Assembly: GCA_014905635.1 (NCBI GenBank)
Contig: JABVCE010000050.1
Location: forward strand, 1 to 64,000
DNA from: Scenedesmus sp. PABB004
Taxonomy: Eukaryota
DNA: 64,000 bases
Reading direction: 5' to 3'
The position numbers and the translations under genes were made by a program. Position 1 is the stretch's first letter; every line of letters starts with the position of its first letter. The notes beneath the pieces were generated by a model that was not told the DNA's origin, made no database searches, and saw only the letters and a list, made by a program, of their open reading frames with translations. Shown piece by piece: positions 26,647-40,558 of the stretch.

Positions 26647-29600
26647 ATGGCGGACGTCGAAGAGGTCAGCCTTCGGCCGCTCTCACTGCGGCCCGGTGGC
26701 GGCCCCAACCCCTTCTCCGCGTTCAGCAAGGGCGCCGGCCTCGGGCTGCGCAGCAAGCCCGTGAGCGCGCGCCGCGCGCGGCCACCGGGCGGGCCTCGCC
26801 GGGGCCGTGCCCCCGCGCCCCGCCGCCGCCGGGCCGGGGGCTCAGGCGCGCCAATGGCCGCAGGTGTTTGCCACGGCCATCCAGGAGGTCGAGTCGGTGC
26901 CCCGCAAGCCGCGCCACCTCATCGTCCGCTATGACCGGGAGTTCCTCCTCAAGTTCATGGACGTGAGGCGCCGCCCCGCACCGACGCAGGGGCCCGCAAC
27001 CGCCGGCAACTGCCCGCGGCGGCCGGCGCGCGCGCCGCTGCTCCGCTGCTGCGCTGCTGCCGCCCATCGCGCCCGCGCCGCGCCGCGCCGCGCAGCAATA
27101 CATCAAGGCGCCGATCGAGGTGCAGCAGCTGCAGCTGGAGATTGTGATCGCGGAGGACACGGAGCGCGAGACGCAGCGGCAGGTCCTCAAGGTGCGCGGC
27201 GGCCGCTGCGCGGCGCCGGCGCGCCGTGCATCGACTGCGGCGCCCGCGGCGCCTGCGGCGGCTGGGCGGGGCGGCGGCGCCGCAGCCGCGCGCGCACGCG
27301 CCCGCCCGTCACGCGTGCGTGCGCGCGCGCCCCGCCCCGCAGCAAGTGGTGGAGGAGACGGAGGACGACCGCGACTGGCGCAGCCGGGCGCCGCTGGCCG
27401 CCGCAGCGCCCCCCGCCGGCGGCGGCGCGGCCGGCGCGCCGCAGCGGCAAGCGCCGCCGCCGCAGCAGCAGCAGCCCGCCGGCGGCGCGCCGGCGCTGCA
27501 GCAGCAGCAGCAGCCGCAGCGCCAGCAGCCCTCGCAGGACGCGCTGAGGATACACAAAGCGGAGGAGAAGGGCCGGCAGGCCTACAAGGTCGGCGGCGAC
27601 CTGGGCCAGCAGGAGCGGGTGCGTGTGTGGTCGGCGCGCAGCCGCGCGCGCGCGCGGCAGGCGGAGCCGCTCGCTGCGCACGCGGCGGGCGCGGCGGCGC
27701 CGCGCGCCGACCGCCCCGCCCCCCTGCCCGTGGCTGCCCCCGCGCGCGCAGGCGCTGCGCAGCGTGAAGGGCATCCTGAACAAGCTGACGCCCGAGAAGT
27801 TTGAGCGCCTGCTGAACCAGCTGCTGGAGGTCGTGACCACGGCGGACGTGCTCAAGCACACCATCGCGCTCGTGTTTGAAAACGCGGTCGCGCAGCCCAC
27901 GTTCTGCGCGATGTACGCCGACCTCTGCCTCTCCCTCTCCAAGGAGCTGCCCAGCTTCCCGCCGCCCGAGGGCGACGACAAGCCGGTCGCGTTCCGCCGC
28001 GTCCTGCTCAACACCTGCCAGGACGAGTTTGAGGGCGCCGCGCAGGCCCGCGAGGTGGGGCGACGCGGCGCGGCGCCGCGCGGGGCGGTGGCGGCGGCGG
28101 CGGCGGCGCAGGGGCAGGGGTCGGCCGGCAGCCGCGGCGGCGCCGCGCCCACCCCGCGCCGCGCCCGCGCCCGCGCCGCGCAGGAGCTGTCGACGCTGAG
28201 CGACCCCGCCGAGCGCGCGGCGGCGGAGAAGCGCGTGAAGAGCCGCACGCTGGGCACGGTGCGGCTCATCGCCGAGCTGTACCGCCAGGAGGTGGTCAAG
28301 GAGGCCATCATCACCGTCTGCCTGCGCGAGCTGCTCGAGGTGCGCGAGGGCGGCAGCGCGCCGCCGGAGGACAACATCGAGAGCGCGTGCGAGATGGTCA
28401 GCATCACGGGCAAGAGCCTCGCCGCCGCGGAGAGCAAGAAGACGCGCGACGCGCTCGACGCCTACCTCGCCCGCCTCGCGCGCCTCGGCGACGACAAGAC
28501 CCTCTCCAGCCGCGTCCGCTTCCTGGTGCGCGCCGCGCCGCCGCGCCAGCCCCACCTGCGCCACCGCGCGCGCGCGCCTCGCCCGCCTTGGCCGCCGCCG
28601 CGCCTCACCTCACCCCCCCCCCCCCCCCACACACACACCAACCACACGCACACCCGCCCACCCACCCGCCCACCCACCCGCCCACCTACCACCCCTCCCC
28701 CTCACACCCCCCAGATCCGCGACGTGCTCGACATGAGCAAGAACCGCTGGGTGCCGCGGCGCGAGACCTTCACGGCCAAGAAGCTCGACGAGGTGCACGC
28801 CGAGGCGGAGGCCGAGCTCGGCATGGTCAGCAGCCGCATCGTCGCGGACCTGCCCGCGCTGCCGGTGCAGGCGCGCATGGCGGCGGAGGACTTCAGCCTG
28901 CTGCCGCCGCTGCGCGGCGGCGAGGAGGGCTGGGAGTTTGTCGGCAAGCGCTCCGGCCGCGCGCCCGCGTTTGGCGCGGGCGGCAGCGCGCTCGTGGGCG
29001 AGTACAAGCCGCCCGAGCCGCTCACGCGCCCCGCGCCCGCGGCGGCGCCCGCGGCGGCGCCCGCGCCGCCCGCGGCGGCCGGCGCGGGCTCCGCCAAGGC
29101 GGGCAAGCCGGGCAAGCCGCTGAGCGGCGAGGACGTGGCCAACAAGACCAAGGGCTTCCTGCGCGAGTTTGTGGGCCTCGGCGACACGGCCGAGGCGGCC
29201 GCGTGCCTCGCGGAGCTGCGCGCCGCGCCAAAGGACGCCGAGGTCGCCGACCTCTCCGGCGTCGTCGAGGCGGGCGTGGCGGAGCTTTTCGACGCCCAGG
29301 TGCGCCCGCGAGCGAGCACGGCGGCTCGCGAGCAGGGCGGCCGGCGGCAGGCGCCGCGCCCGCGCGCCGCGCCCGCGCGCCGCGCCGCGCCGACTGTGCC
29401 CCTCCGCTCCGCGCGCGCGCGCGCCGCAGACGGACAAGGCGAGCGACGCGCTGCTGGGCCTGCTGAGCGGGTTCATCAAGGACGGCGCGCTCACGCCAGA
29501 CGAGGTCCGGGCCGGGCTCAAGCCCCTCACCTCCACGCTGGGAGACCTGGCGTGCGTGCCGCGCGCGCGCGCGCGCGCGGCGCTGCGTGGCGCGCGCGCC

Positions 29601-29996
29601 CGCCGCCAGCCCCGGCCCTGGCTCGCCGCGCGCGCCCCGCCACGCGCCGCACGCGCCTCACGCGCCTCACGCGCCGCGCACGCCGCGCGCAGGCTGGACG
29701 TGCCCAAGGCCCCGCAGCTGCTGGGCCGCCTGCTGGGCGAGGCGGTGGCCGCGGGCGCGCTGCCGCTCGCGGCGCTGCCGGAGCTGCTGGAGGGCGCGGA
29801 GGGCGCGGAGGCGAAGCGCGGCTTTGGCGAGGCCGCGCTCAAGGCGGCCGCGGCCGGCGGCGTCGACCTCGCGGCCGCGTGCGGGCCCGCGGGCGTGTCC
29901 GGCGAGGCGCTGTTTGCGGCGGACGAGTTTGACGGCGACCTGCCCAGCGTCAAGGACTGGCTCGCCGGCGCGGGCCTCAGCGCGGTGCCGCTGTGA
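26647..29996 (+). CDS. eIF4G: Translation initiation factor eIF(iso)4G-type (MIF4G + MA3)
   Basis: N-terminal SLRPGGG, eIF4E-binding YDREFLL, MIF4G VKGILNKLTPEKF...FCAMYADLC...LLNTCQDEFE, SSRVRFL|IRDVLD, C-terminal MA3-like DVPKAP. Confidence 0.93.
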
Positions 29997-30403
29997 GGCG
30001 CGCGCCGCGGCTCGGGCTCGGGCGGCGGCGGCCGCCGCCGCGCAGCGCCGCGGGGGAGGATGGCGCGGGCTGCGGCTGGCAGGCAGGCGGGGCCGGGGGG
30101 CGCAGCGGGCGTGCAGCGCGCGCGCGCGCGCGGGCGGGCGAGGGCCCCCGCCGCGTTGCCGGGGAGGGCTGGCGCGGCTGGCGCGCCGACGGCGGCGCGT
30201 GTCGCTTCGTGGTGCACCGCCTCAGGCAGGCAGGCAGAGGGCCGCGCAGGCGGCCGGGCAGGGGCGCGCGACAACATAACCTCAGCCCGCCTGCGGCAGA
30301 GTGAGTTTCGCAGTGCGCGTGGGCGCGTGTGGCGGGCGCGGGGCGGCCGAGGGCGGTCGGGCGGGTTTTGGTGCACAGCAACGGGGCGGGGCGAGCGGCA
30401 ACC

Positions 30404-30408
30404 TGTAA
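30404..30408 (+). promoter_or_regulatory. TGTAA polyadenylation signal of eIF4G
   Basis: Chlorophyte UGUAA motif about 400 nt after the stop, in otherwise AT-poor DNA. Confidence 0.6.
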
Positions 30409-30593
30409 TCGCTGCACAGCGCACTGCGGCACGATCGGCAGCCCCCACCGGTTGGCGCACATCAGCTCGCGATGTTGCAACACACCACCGGCAACTGCTG
30501 CGCCCGCCGCCACCGAGCGGCTGCCCCGTCGCCCGCCGCGCCAGCGCCGGCGCGCGCGCGCGCGGCCGCCATGGCCCCGTGCACCGCCGCCGC

Positions 30594-33287
30594 TCAGACG
30601 GGCGGGCCCTCCAGGTTGCCGTAGAGAGCGAAATTGTTGTGGTGTGGGTTCCCCGAGGTCGCGCCAAACGCGTCGGCACCGTAGCCGAGAGCGCCAAAGT
30701 CGACGTCACACGCCCTGCGCCGCGCGGACGGCACACCGTCACGCTCGGCGCCGCGGCAAGCACCAGCGGTTGCCCCCCCCCCCCAATCTCCCCAGCGCAC
30801 CACGGCATGTCGGCGCCGGGCTCGTACGGCACCGGCGGCAGGCGGTACGGCACCGGCAGCAGCACAGGGGCGCCGTCCACGCCGTCGCCGGCCGGGTCGC
30901 GCTGCATGCGGTCCCACGCGAAGAAGCGCACCGGGCCGCCCTGCGCCGCGGCGCCGTCGGCAGCGCTGCAGCCCGCGCCGCTGCCCAGCGCCGCAGAGGC
31001 GGCCGCGTCGCCGGTGCAGCTGTAGAACCTGCGGGGCGCACGCCAGAGGGGCGACAGCAGCCGGTCAGCGGCGGCGGTGCTGGTGCGGCGCCACGCGCGC
31101 GACGCAGCGCCGCCGCAGTGCGCGCCTGTGCGGGTGCGAGCGCCACGCCTCCTCGAGCTTTGGCAGTGCCAGCACGCCCAGCTCGTAGCTGCGGACCATC
31201 AGCTGCAGCTGGCTGCCACTCTTTTGCAGGGACCCCCAGGCGGCCTTGGACAGGTTGTGCGAGGTGACCAGCCACCACGCCAGCTCCGCGCCCGCGCCGC
31301 GCGGCGCCGGCACGGCGCCGTTGCCCGGCGGCGGCAAGTAGCGCGCGTAGCTCTTGACGTGCGGCATGGCGGCGGCCCGGCCCGCGGGCTCGCCGCCCCA
31401 CCTGCACGCGGGGGCGCGCAGGGCGCGCGCGGTGTGCGGTGGGCGCCCAGGCGCCGCGCGCGCGGCGGCGGCGCGCGCTGCTCGCGCACCTGCACCAAAG
31501 GCGCTGCAGGAAGTCCTTGCTCACGTTCTTGTGCGGCCCCGGCACGCAGCCGCCCGCGATCCAGCCCTCGCACGAGTCCCGCACCTCCTCTGCAGTCGGC
31601 CACACCAGGCGCAGCGGCGCGTTGCTGGGCCCGGGGCCCTGGCCGCCAAACACGCGCGCCGCCGCCGCGACCGCTGCGGCGTGGCTGCTGGACGCCCCCG
31701 GCGGCGCAACGGGCGGGGCCGCGGGCGGCTCCAGGCGACCGGCGGTGAGGGAGGCTGTGAACTCCTCGTGCAGCCACTTGGCGTCGAGGCTGCCCAGGCT
31801 GCTGAACTGGGCAACTAGCTGCGCGGCGGCAAAGCGGCGCGGCAGCGTCGTGCCAGCCAGCAGCGCGCGCAGGCGCATGTGGCCCCACTTGTGCAGGTTG
31901 GCGCCTGCGCGCGCGGCAGACGAGGCGGCGGCGTCCCGGGCGTCGCGGGCGGCGGCGGCGGCGCGGGCGGCGTGGGTGGCGCGCACTCGCAGTGGAGACC
32001 ACGTGGGCGCGCGCCGCGCCGGCAGCGCCCTCAGGGGGCGGCCAGCGCCCACGCACCGCACCTGAGTGGTATCCGGGCACGCTGGCGACGAGCGCGACGC
32101 GCGCGCTGGAAAAGTCGGCGCCGCGGATGAGCGCGGCCACGCGCTCGCGCCAGTCCTGCGGCTGCTGCGGCAGCTTCAGTGCAGCGACGTAGTCGGCCAG
32201 GCTCTCCTCAAACTCGGAGCTCGTCGGCGCTGCGCGGGCGCGACGCGCAGGCGGCGCGCGCTTGAGCGGCGTGCGCGGCCGCTGGCGCGCGGACACGAGC
32301 TGCGTGCGCTGCCGCCGCGTGCGCGCACCGCCGGGGGCCTTGGGCGGGAAGTCCTGTGAGTAGATGCCCTGGGTCTTGTCGTTGCAGTCATGGTAGATCG
32401 CGTTTGCCGTCATGATGATGACCCGCACGCCGCCGCCCGCATAGCCCAGCAGGAACGCCTTGCTGTGGTGGCAGCCAAACCGGATGGGCAGCGGCGGGCG
32501 GTGCATCGCAAAGCCCGGCGCGGCCAGCCCCGCCGCCTCCGCGGCGCCGCGCAGGTGCTGCTCGCTCATGCCAAGCTCGCCGTGCACCAGCAGCAGCTGC
32601 GGCGCGGCGGCGCGTGCGGCAGCTGAGCGCGCGGGCGGCGGCCAGGCGGCGGCGCCAGGGACGACCCCTGCCTCCCGCTCCGCCCTCGCCCGGCGCCGCG
32701 CGCACCTCTGGGGCGGCCGCGAGGTCTGGGCAGGCGCTGAGCAGCCAGGTCAGGTCAAGCATGAAATTCTCCACCAGCGCCAGCCTCAGGCCCCGCCCGC
32801 CCACCAGCCGCCGCAGCAACGCGCCCGCGCAGCCCGCGTTGGCCCAGGCGGGCAGGCCCCTGCCCGCGGGTCCGGGGCACGCGGGTGCGTGGCGTTGGCA
32901 TGCGCGCGCGCACCGGCGGCTAGCGCGCGCGCTGGCGCAGGCCCAGGCGCACCTCACGGCCATCAGCGCGATGGGTGAGTCCCGCAGCCCCGGCGCAGGC
33001 ACGTGCCCTGCGTTGCCCTCGCCGCCCGCGGCGTCATAGGCGATGCGCGCCGTCATCTCCGCCAGCGTGGGCAGCACGCCGCCGCCACCGCCGGCGCTGA
33101 CGCCCAGCGCGCCGCGCTGCCTCTTGGCCGGCGGGCCGGCGTCTGCTGCCTCTGCGGCGCCGCCGCCCAGGCCGCCTTCTGCGCCGCCCGCCAGCCAGCC
33201 GCCGGCCGCCCCCTCCTCTGCCAGCGCTGCCGCCAGCGCTGCGTCCGCCGCCTCCTGCTCGCGGCGCGCGGCAGCGCCCGGGGCCTG

Positions 33288-33328
<41 letters not shown>

Positions 33329-33725
33329 CGTCTGCCGTCAGGGCAAACTTGGTCGTCTCCTCCAGCGAGGCCAAATAAAAGCAGCTGCCGGCCGCGAGCA
33401 GGGTCTGCTGGCCCTGATACAGCGCGTCGGGCTCGCCGCCCGCGGGCTCAAACATCAGCGCTGCGGCGGCGACGGATGGAGCGTCAGGAGAGCGCCTGCT
33501 GCGGCGCTAGCTGTCCTGCTGCGTGCAGGGTGCGCGCTCACGGTTGCTGCCGACGTTGGTCAGCGTGACGACACCACCGACGCCCGCCACCGGCTCCAGC
33601 CGTGCCTGCTTCTTGCTCATCCAGGGGTGAGTCAGGCTCTCCGGCGCGCCGCGCCCAAACGTGGCCGCCGCGTCCGGCGGCAGCAGCTGGCTGCTGCCGT
33701 CCGGCAGGTGCAGCCGCAGCCGCAT
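30594..33725 (-). CDS. TDP1: Tyrosyl-DNA phosphodiesterase 1 with N-terminal FHA-like domain
   Basis: Two HKN motifs (GCHHSKAF...TAN; MPHVKSY...[11 protein letters not shown]), [35 protein letters not shown]-terminal FGRG...MSKKQA..GSN. Confidence 0.93.
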
Positions 33726-34234
33726 CGCCGGGCGCTGTGCGCGCTGCGCCCGCCGCCACGCGCTGCCGCCGCGTGCGCCTGCTGCCCTTGCAGCGCCTGC
33801 TCCGGCCAGGCGCAGGTGCCGGACCCGCTCTCAGGGCCGCTCGGCGCCAGCGGCGCGCCGGCTGGCGCGCCGGGCCGACGCCGCCGGGCGCCCCTGGGCG
33901 CCGCTGCCGGCAGGACGCACCGCTCACGGCCGCGCAGGGGCGTTGCAGCGGCCGCAGACCGCGCCTGCGGGGGGGGGGGCGCAAGGCGGTGGGGCCGCAA
34001 GGCGCCCCGCAGCGCACGGGCGGCGGCGGAGCAGCAGCGGCTGCTCTCAGGCGCCTGCCGGGCTGGCGGGGCCACGGGCTCGGCGGGAGCTCGCGAACGG
34101 TGTGAAGACGGGCGGGAGGCGTCCGGGGCGGCGTTGCGTGCGGCAGCTGTGCGGGCGACGCGCAGAGACCCGCGCCGCCGTTGCACAGCGCGCGGCGCAG
34201 CCGCCCGGCGGCAGGCCGTGCGACAGCGCACGCG

Positions 34235-37013
34235 CTACCGCCGCTTGCTCTTGCCCGCGGCGGCCTCGTTGAAGGCCTTGCCCTTGTCCTTCTTTGCGCG
34301 CTCGCGCTCCGCCTTTGACATCTTGGACTTGGCCTTGGTCGCGCTGCGCTCGATCGCGGCCGCGCGCGCGGCCTTGGCCTCCATCTTGGCCGCCTCGGTC
34401 TCGTGCTTGCTGAGGAAGTACTCGTAGTCGCCGCCAAAGTCGACCAGCGACGCATCCTCAGCCTGGGGAGGGCCCGCCGCGCACAGCAGGCCCGTCGCGC
34501 GGTGAGGCGAGGCGCGCTCCACCCCCGCGCTCGCGCGCTCGCGCCCGGCGGGGCGGGCGCGCGCGGTGTGGGGCGGCGCGGGCGCGCACCAGCAGGACAC
34601 GCGTCGCGATGCGCTTGAGGAAGTACCGGTCGTGGCTGACCGCGATGACGGCGCCCTCAAACGCGCGCACCGCCTCCTCCAGCGTCTCCTTGCTCGGAAT
34701 GTCCAGGTGGTTGGTCGGCTCGTCCAGGATGAGCAGCGTGCCGCTGGTGCACATAAACTTGGCCAGCGCCAGCCGCGCCTTCTCGCCGCCGCTCAGCACC
34801 TTGACCTGCGCGCGCGCACAGCGCCGGCGGCGGCGGCAAACAGGGGCGGGCGGAGGCGTGAGCGCGCGCGGCGCGGCCCGGGGGCGGTGGCGCGGCGGCA
34901 GCAGCGCGCCGCCACAGCCCCGGCGTCGTCACCCCCCCCCCCCCTCACCCTCCCGCGCTGCGCTCTGTCCCTGTCTCGCCTTTTTGTCCATGGCGGTGCC
35001 GCTGAAGAGCATGCGGCCGAGGAGCTGCTTGAGGTCGTTCAGCTTGGCGTCCGGCGCCGCGCCCACGAGCGTGCCCAGCACGGTCGCGTTGGGGTCGAGC
35101 GCCTCCGCCTGGTTCTGCTCAAAGTAGTTGGGAACGATGTTGTGCTCGCCCAGGCGCACCTGGCGGGCCACACGGCGGCGGCGCCCGCGGCGCGCGGGTT
35201 TAGGCGGGCGGGCGCGCGCCGGCGGCTGCGCCGTTGACCACAGGCGGGCCGCTCGCTCGCCACGCGGGCACGCGCGCACGCACCGTGCCGCGCAGGGGCT
35301 TCTCCTTGCCCATGATCAGCCGCAGCAGCGTCGACTTGCCCGCGCTGCGCGCGCGGCGCGCGGCGGCGGCGGCGACCGCAGCAACCGCGGCGGCGTCAGC
35401 TGCTGCACGTGCGCGCGCGCCCGCTGCTCCGTCCCCCCCCCCCCCCCCTGCGCCCGCGCGCCCGCGCCCGCCAGCGGCGCACCCGTTGGGGCCGATGATG
35501 GCGATGCGCTCGCCCTGCTGCACCTCCAGGTTGGCGTCGCGGAAGAGCAGGCGGCCGTCGTAGCCGTGGCTCAGCCCCGACACGCTCACCACGCTCTGCC
35601 CCATCTTCTCGACCGGCGGGAACGTGAAGCTGCGGCGCTTGGGCACAAACGGCTTCTCCACCAGGCCCTCCGCCTTCATGCGCTCCAGCTGCTTCTCCGC
35701 CGCCGCCGCGCGCCCGCTCTGCGCGCCGCCTGCGCGGCGACGGCGGGCGCGGCGGCGGGGCGGCTGTCAGCGGCCCGCGCGCGGCGGGAGGGCCGCATGA
35801 GCGCGGCCGGAGCCCCCCCCCCCCCCCCCCGCGCGCGGCGGCCGCGCGCGTGCGCGCTGCGCCGGCGCGCACCCGAGAGGCGGCGCACGAGGTCCTGCAG
35901 CTTGTCGATCTCCTTCTGCTGCCGCTCGTACGCGGCCCACTGCAGCGCCTCGCGCTCGCTCTTGGCCGCGACGTAGGCGGTGTAGTTGCCCTTGTAGCTC
36001 GTCGCCACGCCGCGCTCCGTCTCCACGATCTTGGTGCACAGGTTGTCCAGAAACTCGCGGTCGTGCGACACGATGACCATGGGGACGTCCTGCGCACACA
36101 CCGGACACGCGCGGCGCGGCGCGGCGCGGCGCGGCGCGCGCGCGGCGCGACGCGGGGGTGTGGGCGCGCGCGGCCGCGCCGCCGCCAGCGCGGCACGCCC
36201 CGCGGCCGCCGGCGCGCGCGCGCGCGTGCGGTGGTGCGGCGCGGTGCGGCGCCGTGCTGTGCGCACCCACCTGCTGCTTGAGGTAGGCCTCGAGCCACTC
36301 GATGGCGTCGAGGTCGAGGTGGTTGGTTGGCTCGTCGAGCAGCAGCACGTCGGGCTCCTGCAGCAGCAGCTTGCCGAGGCATATGCGCATCTGCCAGCCG
36401 CCGCTGTAGCTCGCGACGAGGCGGTCGTTGTCGGCGGGCGCAAAGCCCAGCTCCGGCATCATCTGGTCGATGCGCTTGTCCAGCAGCGCGACGTCCATGT
36501 CCACCGCCTGACGATTGAGCTTGTCCAGCCGGTCCAGCAGCGACTGCGCGGCGCCCGCGCCCGCGGCGGCAGGATGGCGGCGTGACGGCGGCGCGCGGCG
36601 GGCCGCGCCGCTGCGCCGCGCCGGGCCTGCCACCCGGCCGCTGGCTGTGCGCGCGTGCTGCCGCCGGGCGCGCGGCAGCGCAGCGGCGGCGGCGGCGTCA
36701 GCGCAGGCGCGGGTGCGCGCGCCTGCATCTTGTCCATGTCCTCGCCCGCGCCCTCCATCTCCTTGCTGATGCGCTCCTGCTCCGCCACGATCGCGAGCTG
36801 CCTGTTGTACACGCTGTAAAACTCCTCCCGCACCGTGCGCCGTGGGTCGACGTCAAACTCCTGCGCGGCACCGCGGCACCGCCGCGCGGCGCGAGGTTCA
36901 GGGCGGGGGCGCGCGCGCCGCCGCGCCGCCGCAGGCGGCAAGGCCCGCAGCCCGCCCTGCCGTCACCCCGCCCCCGCCCCGGGTCCCTGCCTTCATTCCT
37001 CTCCTCCCGCCCT

Positions 37014-37044
<31 letters not shown>

Positions 37045-38172
37045 ACACACCTGGGCCAGGTAGGCGATCTTCATGTGCCGCTTCGCCTTGACCACCTCGC
37101 CGCCGTCGGGCTGCAGCCGGCCCATCACAATCTGCAGCTGCGTCGTCTTGCCCGCGCCGTTGACGCCTGCAGCGCCGCGAGCGGGCGCGCGCGCGCGTCG
37201 TGCGGGCGCGCTGCGCAGCGCGCGTGGCGTGCGCAGGGGGGCCGCGCTGCTGCCGGGGGCGGCGCGGGCGCGCACCGACGAGGCCCACGCGCTCGCCCTT
37301 CTTGACCTCCCACGACACGTCCTTCAGCACCTGCTGGTTCTTGAACGTGATGGACACCTGCGCGTGGACGACGGGGGGCGTCGGCGCGGTGGCGCAGCGG
37401 CGGCGCGGCGGCGGCGCGGCGCGGCGGCGGCGCGGCGCGGCGGCGCGCTCACGTTTTCGAGGCGCAGGCCGGACGCGATGCCGCTGCTGCCCGCCCGGCT
37501 CGCCTCCTCCTCCTCCTCGTCCACCACCACGCCCGCGGGCACCGGCTCGGGCTCCTCGTACGTCGCCTCCGCGCTGCCCGGCGCGGCGGCGGCCGGGCCG
37601 GCGCCGCCTGCCGCTGCAGGCGCGCCAGGCGCGGACGCGGCGGCGCCGGCGCCGGCGTCGAGCTCCGCGCTGGCCTGCGGGCTGGGCTGCGGGCTGGGCT
37701 TGGCCTTCTTGGGCTTCTTGGCCTTGCGCAGCGGCGCCGCCTCGGCCACCTCCACCTGGCGGCGCGGGGCAGCGGGGCGCTCGGCGGCGGCGGGGCGCGC
37801 CGCGCCGCCGTGCTGCCGCCGCGGCGCCGCCCTGCTGCGCGCCGGCCCCTCGCGACGGCGGCTGCGGCAGCGGCGGCTGCGGCAGCGGCGCCCGCGCGCA
37901 CCTCGGCGGCGCGCGGCGCGTGGCGCGGCGCGGCGGGCCCCCTGTGTGTGGCAGCGGCGGAGCAGCGGACGCGGCGGCCTGGGCGCGCGCCCGGCGCGCC
38001 GCCGCGCGCGCCGTGCGCGCCGCGGGCGGGCGCTGGACCTCCGGGCGGCGCCGCACCGTGGCTGGGGCGCCGGGCGCGCCACAATTGCGGCGGCGGCGGC
38101 GCGCAGGCTCCGCGCCGCGGCGGCCGGCGCCGCGCCGGCGCCGCTGGCGCGGCGCCCGGCCAGGGCGCGCAT
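34235..38172 (-). CDS. ABC-F family ATPase (plastid ABCF5-like)
   Basis: Two ABC domains ([56 protein letters not shown]) and no TM segments. Transit-like N-terminus; start codon tentative. Confidence 0.92.
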
Positions 38173-38516
38173 GGCGCCGCGCGTGTGCGGGCGCTGCGGG
38201 GCGGCCGCCCGCGCGCTGCTGCCGCGCGGGCGCGGCGCTGCTGCCGAGGGGCGTGCGGGGCGGAGCGCCGGCGGCGAGGGCACTGGTGCTGCGCAGCGGT
38301 TCGTGTCGACGTCTGGCGAGGCGCGCGGGCGGCGGCGTCGCTGGACACAGTTGTTCTTTTTCACGATGTCTCGCGGCCCCGCCGCTGCCGCCCTGCTGCA
38401 CGCCGACCCGGCCCGCCCGCCGCGTTCGCGCCCTCCCACCCCCCTCGCCGTCCTCGCCTCCCCGCCAGCCCGCCCGCCGCCCCCCGGCCCCGCGCCGCGC
38501 CACGCCGCCCTCCGCA

Positions 38517-40206
38517 ATGGCCCTGGCCGCCAAGCAGAGCCTGCGCGCCGCCACCGGCGTGCGCGCGGGCCGCACCGGCCGCGCGACGGCCGTGCGCGTG
38601 GCGGCCAACGCCCGCGTGGACGCGTACAGCAAGAACGACATCATCGTCAGCCCCTCCATCCTGTCGGCCAACTTCAGCAAGCTCGGCGACGAGGTGGGGC
38701 GCCGGCGGGCGCGGCGGCGGCGCGGGGCGGGCCCGGGGGGCCAGGGTGCCGCACTGATGTCGCCTCCCCGGCCTCCCCCGGCCCCGGCGCGGCGCGGCGC
38801 ACGGCGCGGCGCGGCACATTGGCCGCGAGCCAGGCACGGGACGCGCGGGGCCGGGCAATTGCCCCCCGCACGCGGCGCTGGGGCTGTGCCATTCGCACCT
38901 ACTGCTCGCCAGCCCGGGCCCCGCGCCGAGCCGGCCCCGGCGAGCCCCGGGCCGCCCGGGGGCCCGCCCCAGCTCGCAGCCGATCGGGCGCGGCACGCGG
39001 GGGCCCCTCGCTCACAGCCGCCCGCCCGCCGTCCGCCCGCTGCCGCCCGCCCGCCCGCCGCTGCCGCGCCGCGCCAGATCCGCGCCATCGACCAGGCCGG
39101 CTGCGAGTGGGTGCACGTGAGTGCCTCTGCGCGCGCAGCCAGGGGGGCGGGTGCTCGTCGCGGCGCATGAGCGCGCGGGCGCGGCGCGGCGACCGCTGCA
39201 CGCGGGCGCCGCCGAGCGCGCGCCCCTCGCCGCGCCGCGCAGGTGGACGTCATGGACGGCCGCTTCGTGCCCAACATCACCATCGGCCCCCTGGTCGTGG
39301 ACGCGATCCGCCCCGTGACCGACAAGGTGCTGGACTGCCACCTGGTGAGCGGGAGGGCCTGCGTGGGGCGGGGCCGCGGCGCGCCGGCGCGGCGCGACGC
39401 GGCGCGTGCAGGACTGGGCCCGGGCGCGGCGGCTGGGGGCGAGGCGCGGCCGCCCACGCACCTCACGCGCCGCCCCGCGCGCCGGCGGCGCTGCGGCGGT
39501 CAGATGATTGTCGAGCCGGAGCTGCGCGTGGCCGACTTTGCCAAGGCGGGCGCGGACATCATCAGCGTGCACGCCGAGCAGAGCGCGACGATCCACCTCC
39601 ACCGCAGCCTCAACCTCATCAAGGACCTCGGCTGCAAGGCGGGCGTGGTGCTCAACCCCGCGACGAGCCTGAGCACGATCGAGCACGTGCTGGACGTGGT
39701 GGACCTGGTGCTCATCATGAGCGTCAACCCCGGCTTTGGCGGCCAGAAGTTCATCGAGAGCCAGGTCGCCAAGATCCGCGCGCTCAAGGCGATGTGCCTC
39801 GAGAAGGCGCGCCGCGGCACGCAGCGCGCGCCGCGGCGCGGGCGCGCGGCGCACCGCGCGGCGCGGGCGGCGGCGCGCGGGCGGCGGCGCCGCGCGCGCA
39901 CACGCCCCCCGTCGCCGCGCAGGGCGTCAACCCCTGGATCGAGGTGGACGGCGGCGTGACGCCCGCCAACGCGTGGAAGGTCATCGACGCCGGCGCCAAC
40001 GCGATCGTGGCCGGCAGCGCCGTGTTTGGCGCGCCCAGCTACAAGGATGGTGCGCCTGCGGCAGGGCGGGCAGCACCGCTCCGCGCCGCGCCGCGCGCAG
40101 CACCGTGCCGCGCGCTGCGCTCACCCCCCTGGTCCCCCCCCCCCCCGCAGCCATCCAGGGCATCAAGAACAGCAAGGCCCCGGTCAAGGCCGCCGTGGCG
40201 GTGTGA
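38517..40206 (+). CDS. RPE: Ribulose-phosphate 3-epimerase, chloroplast
   Basis: [58 protein letters not shown]. Confidence 0.97.
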
Positions 40207-40521
40207 GCGGCCCGCCCTCTCGCAGCAGCGGCGCAGCGGGCTGGCGGCGCCGGCGTGCCGGCGCAGCTGCGCCGGCCGCCTGCGGCCGCGCAGGAGCGCG
40301 GCCGGCCGTGTACAACATTGCGCGCACGCTGCCGGCCCGGGCTGGCCGGCGGCGGCGGCGACACGCGGGACGGTTCAAGGCCTGGGCGAGCGAGGGCGCC
40401 CGTCGCGGCGAGCATTGCTTGGACGATTGTGGGCGGCAGGCGGGCGCTGCGGCTGCGCGGCCGCAATGAAGCTCGGGGCGCGCTGAACGCGGCGCTGCCT
40501 CGGCGGTGAGGGCGGCTCGCA

Positions 40522-40526
40522 TGTAA
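40522..40526 (+). promoter_or_regulatory. TGTAA polyadenylation signal of RPE
   Basis: UGUAA motif about 315 nt downstream of the stop. Confidence 0.6.
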
Positions 40527-40558
40527 CACACCGCCCCCGAGACGCTCCAGAGCTAGCG

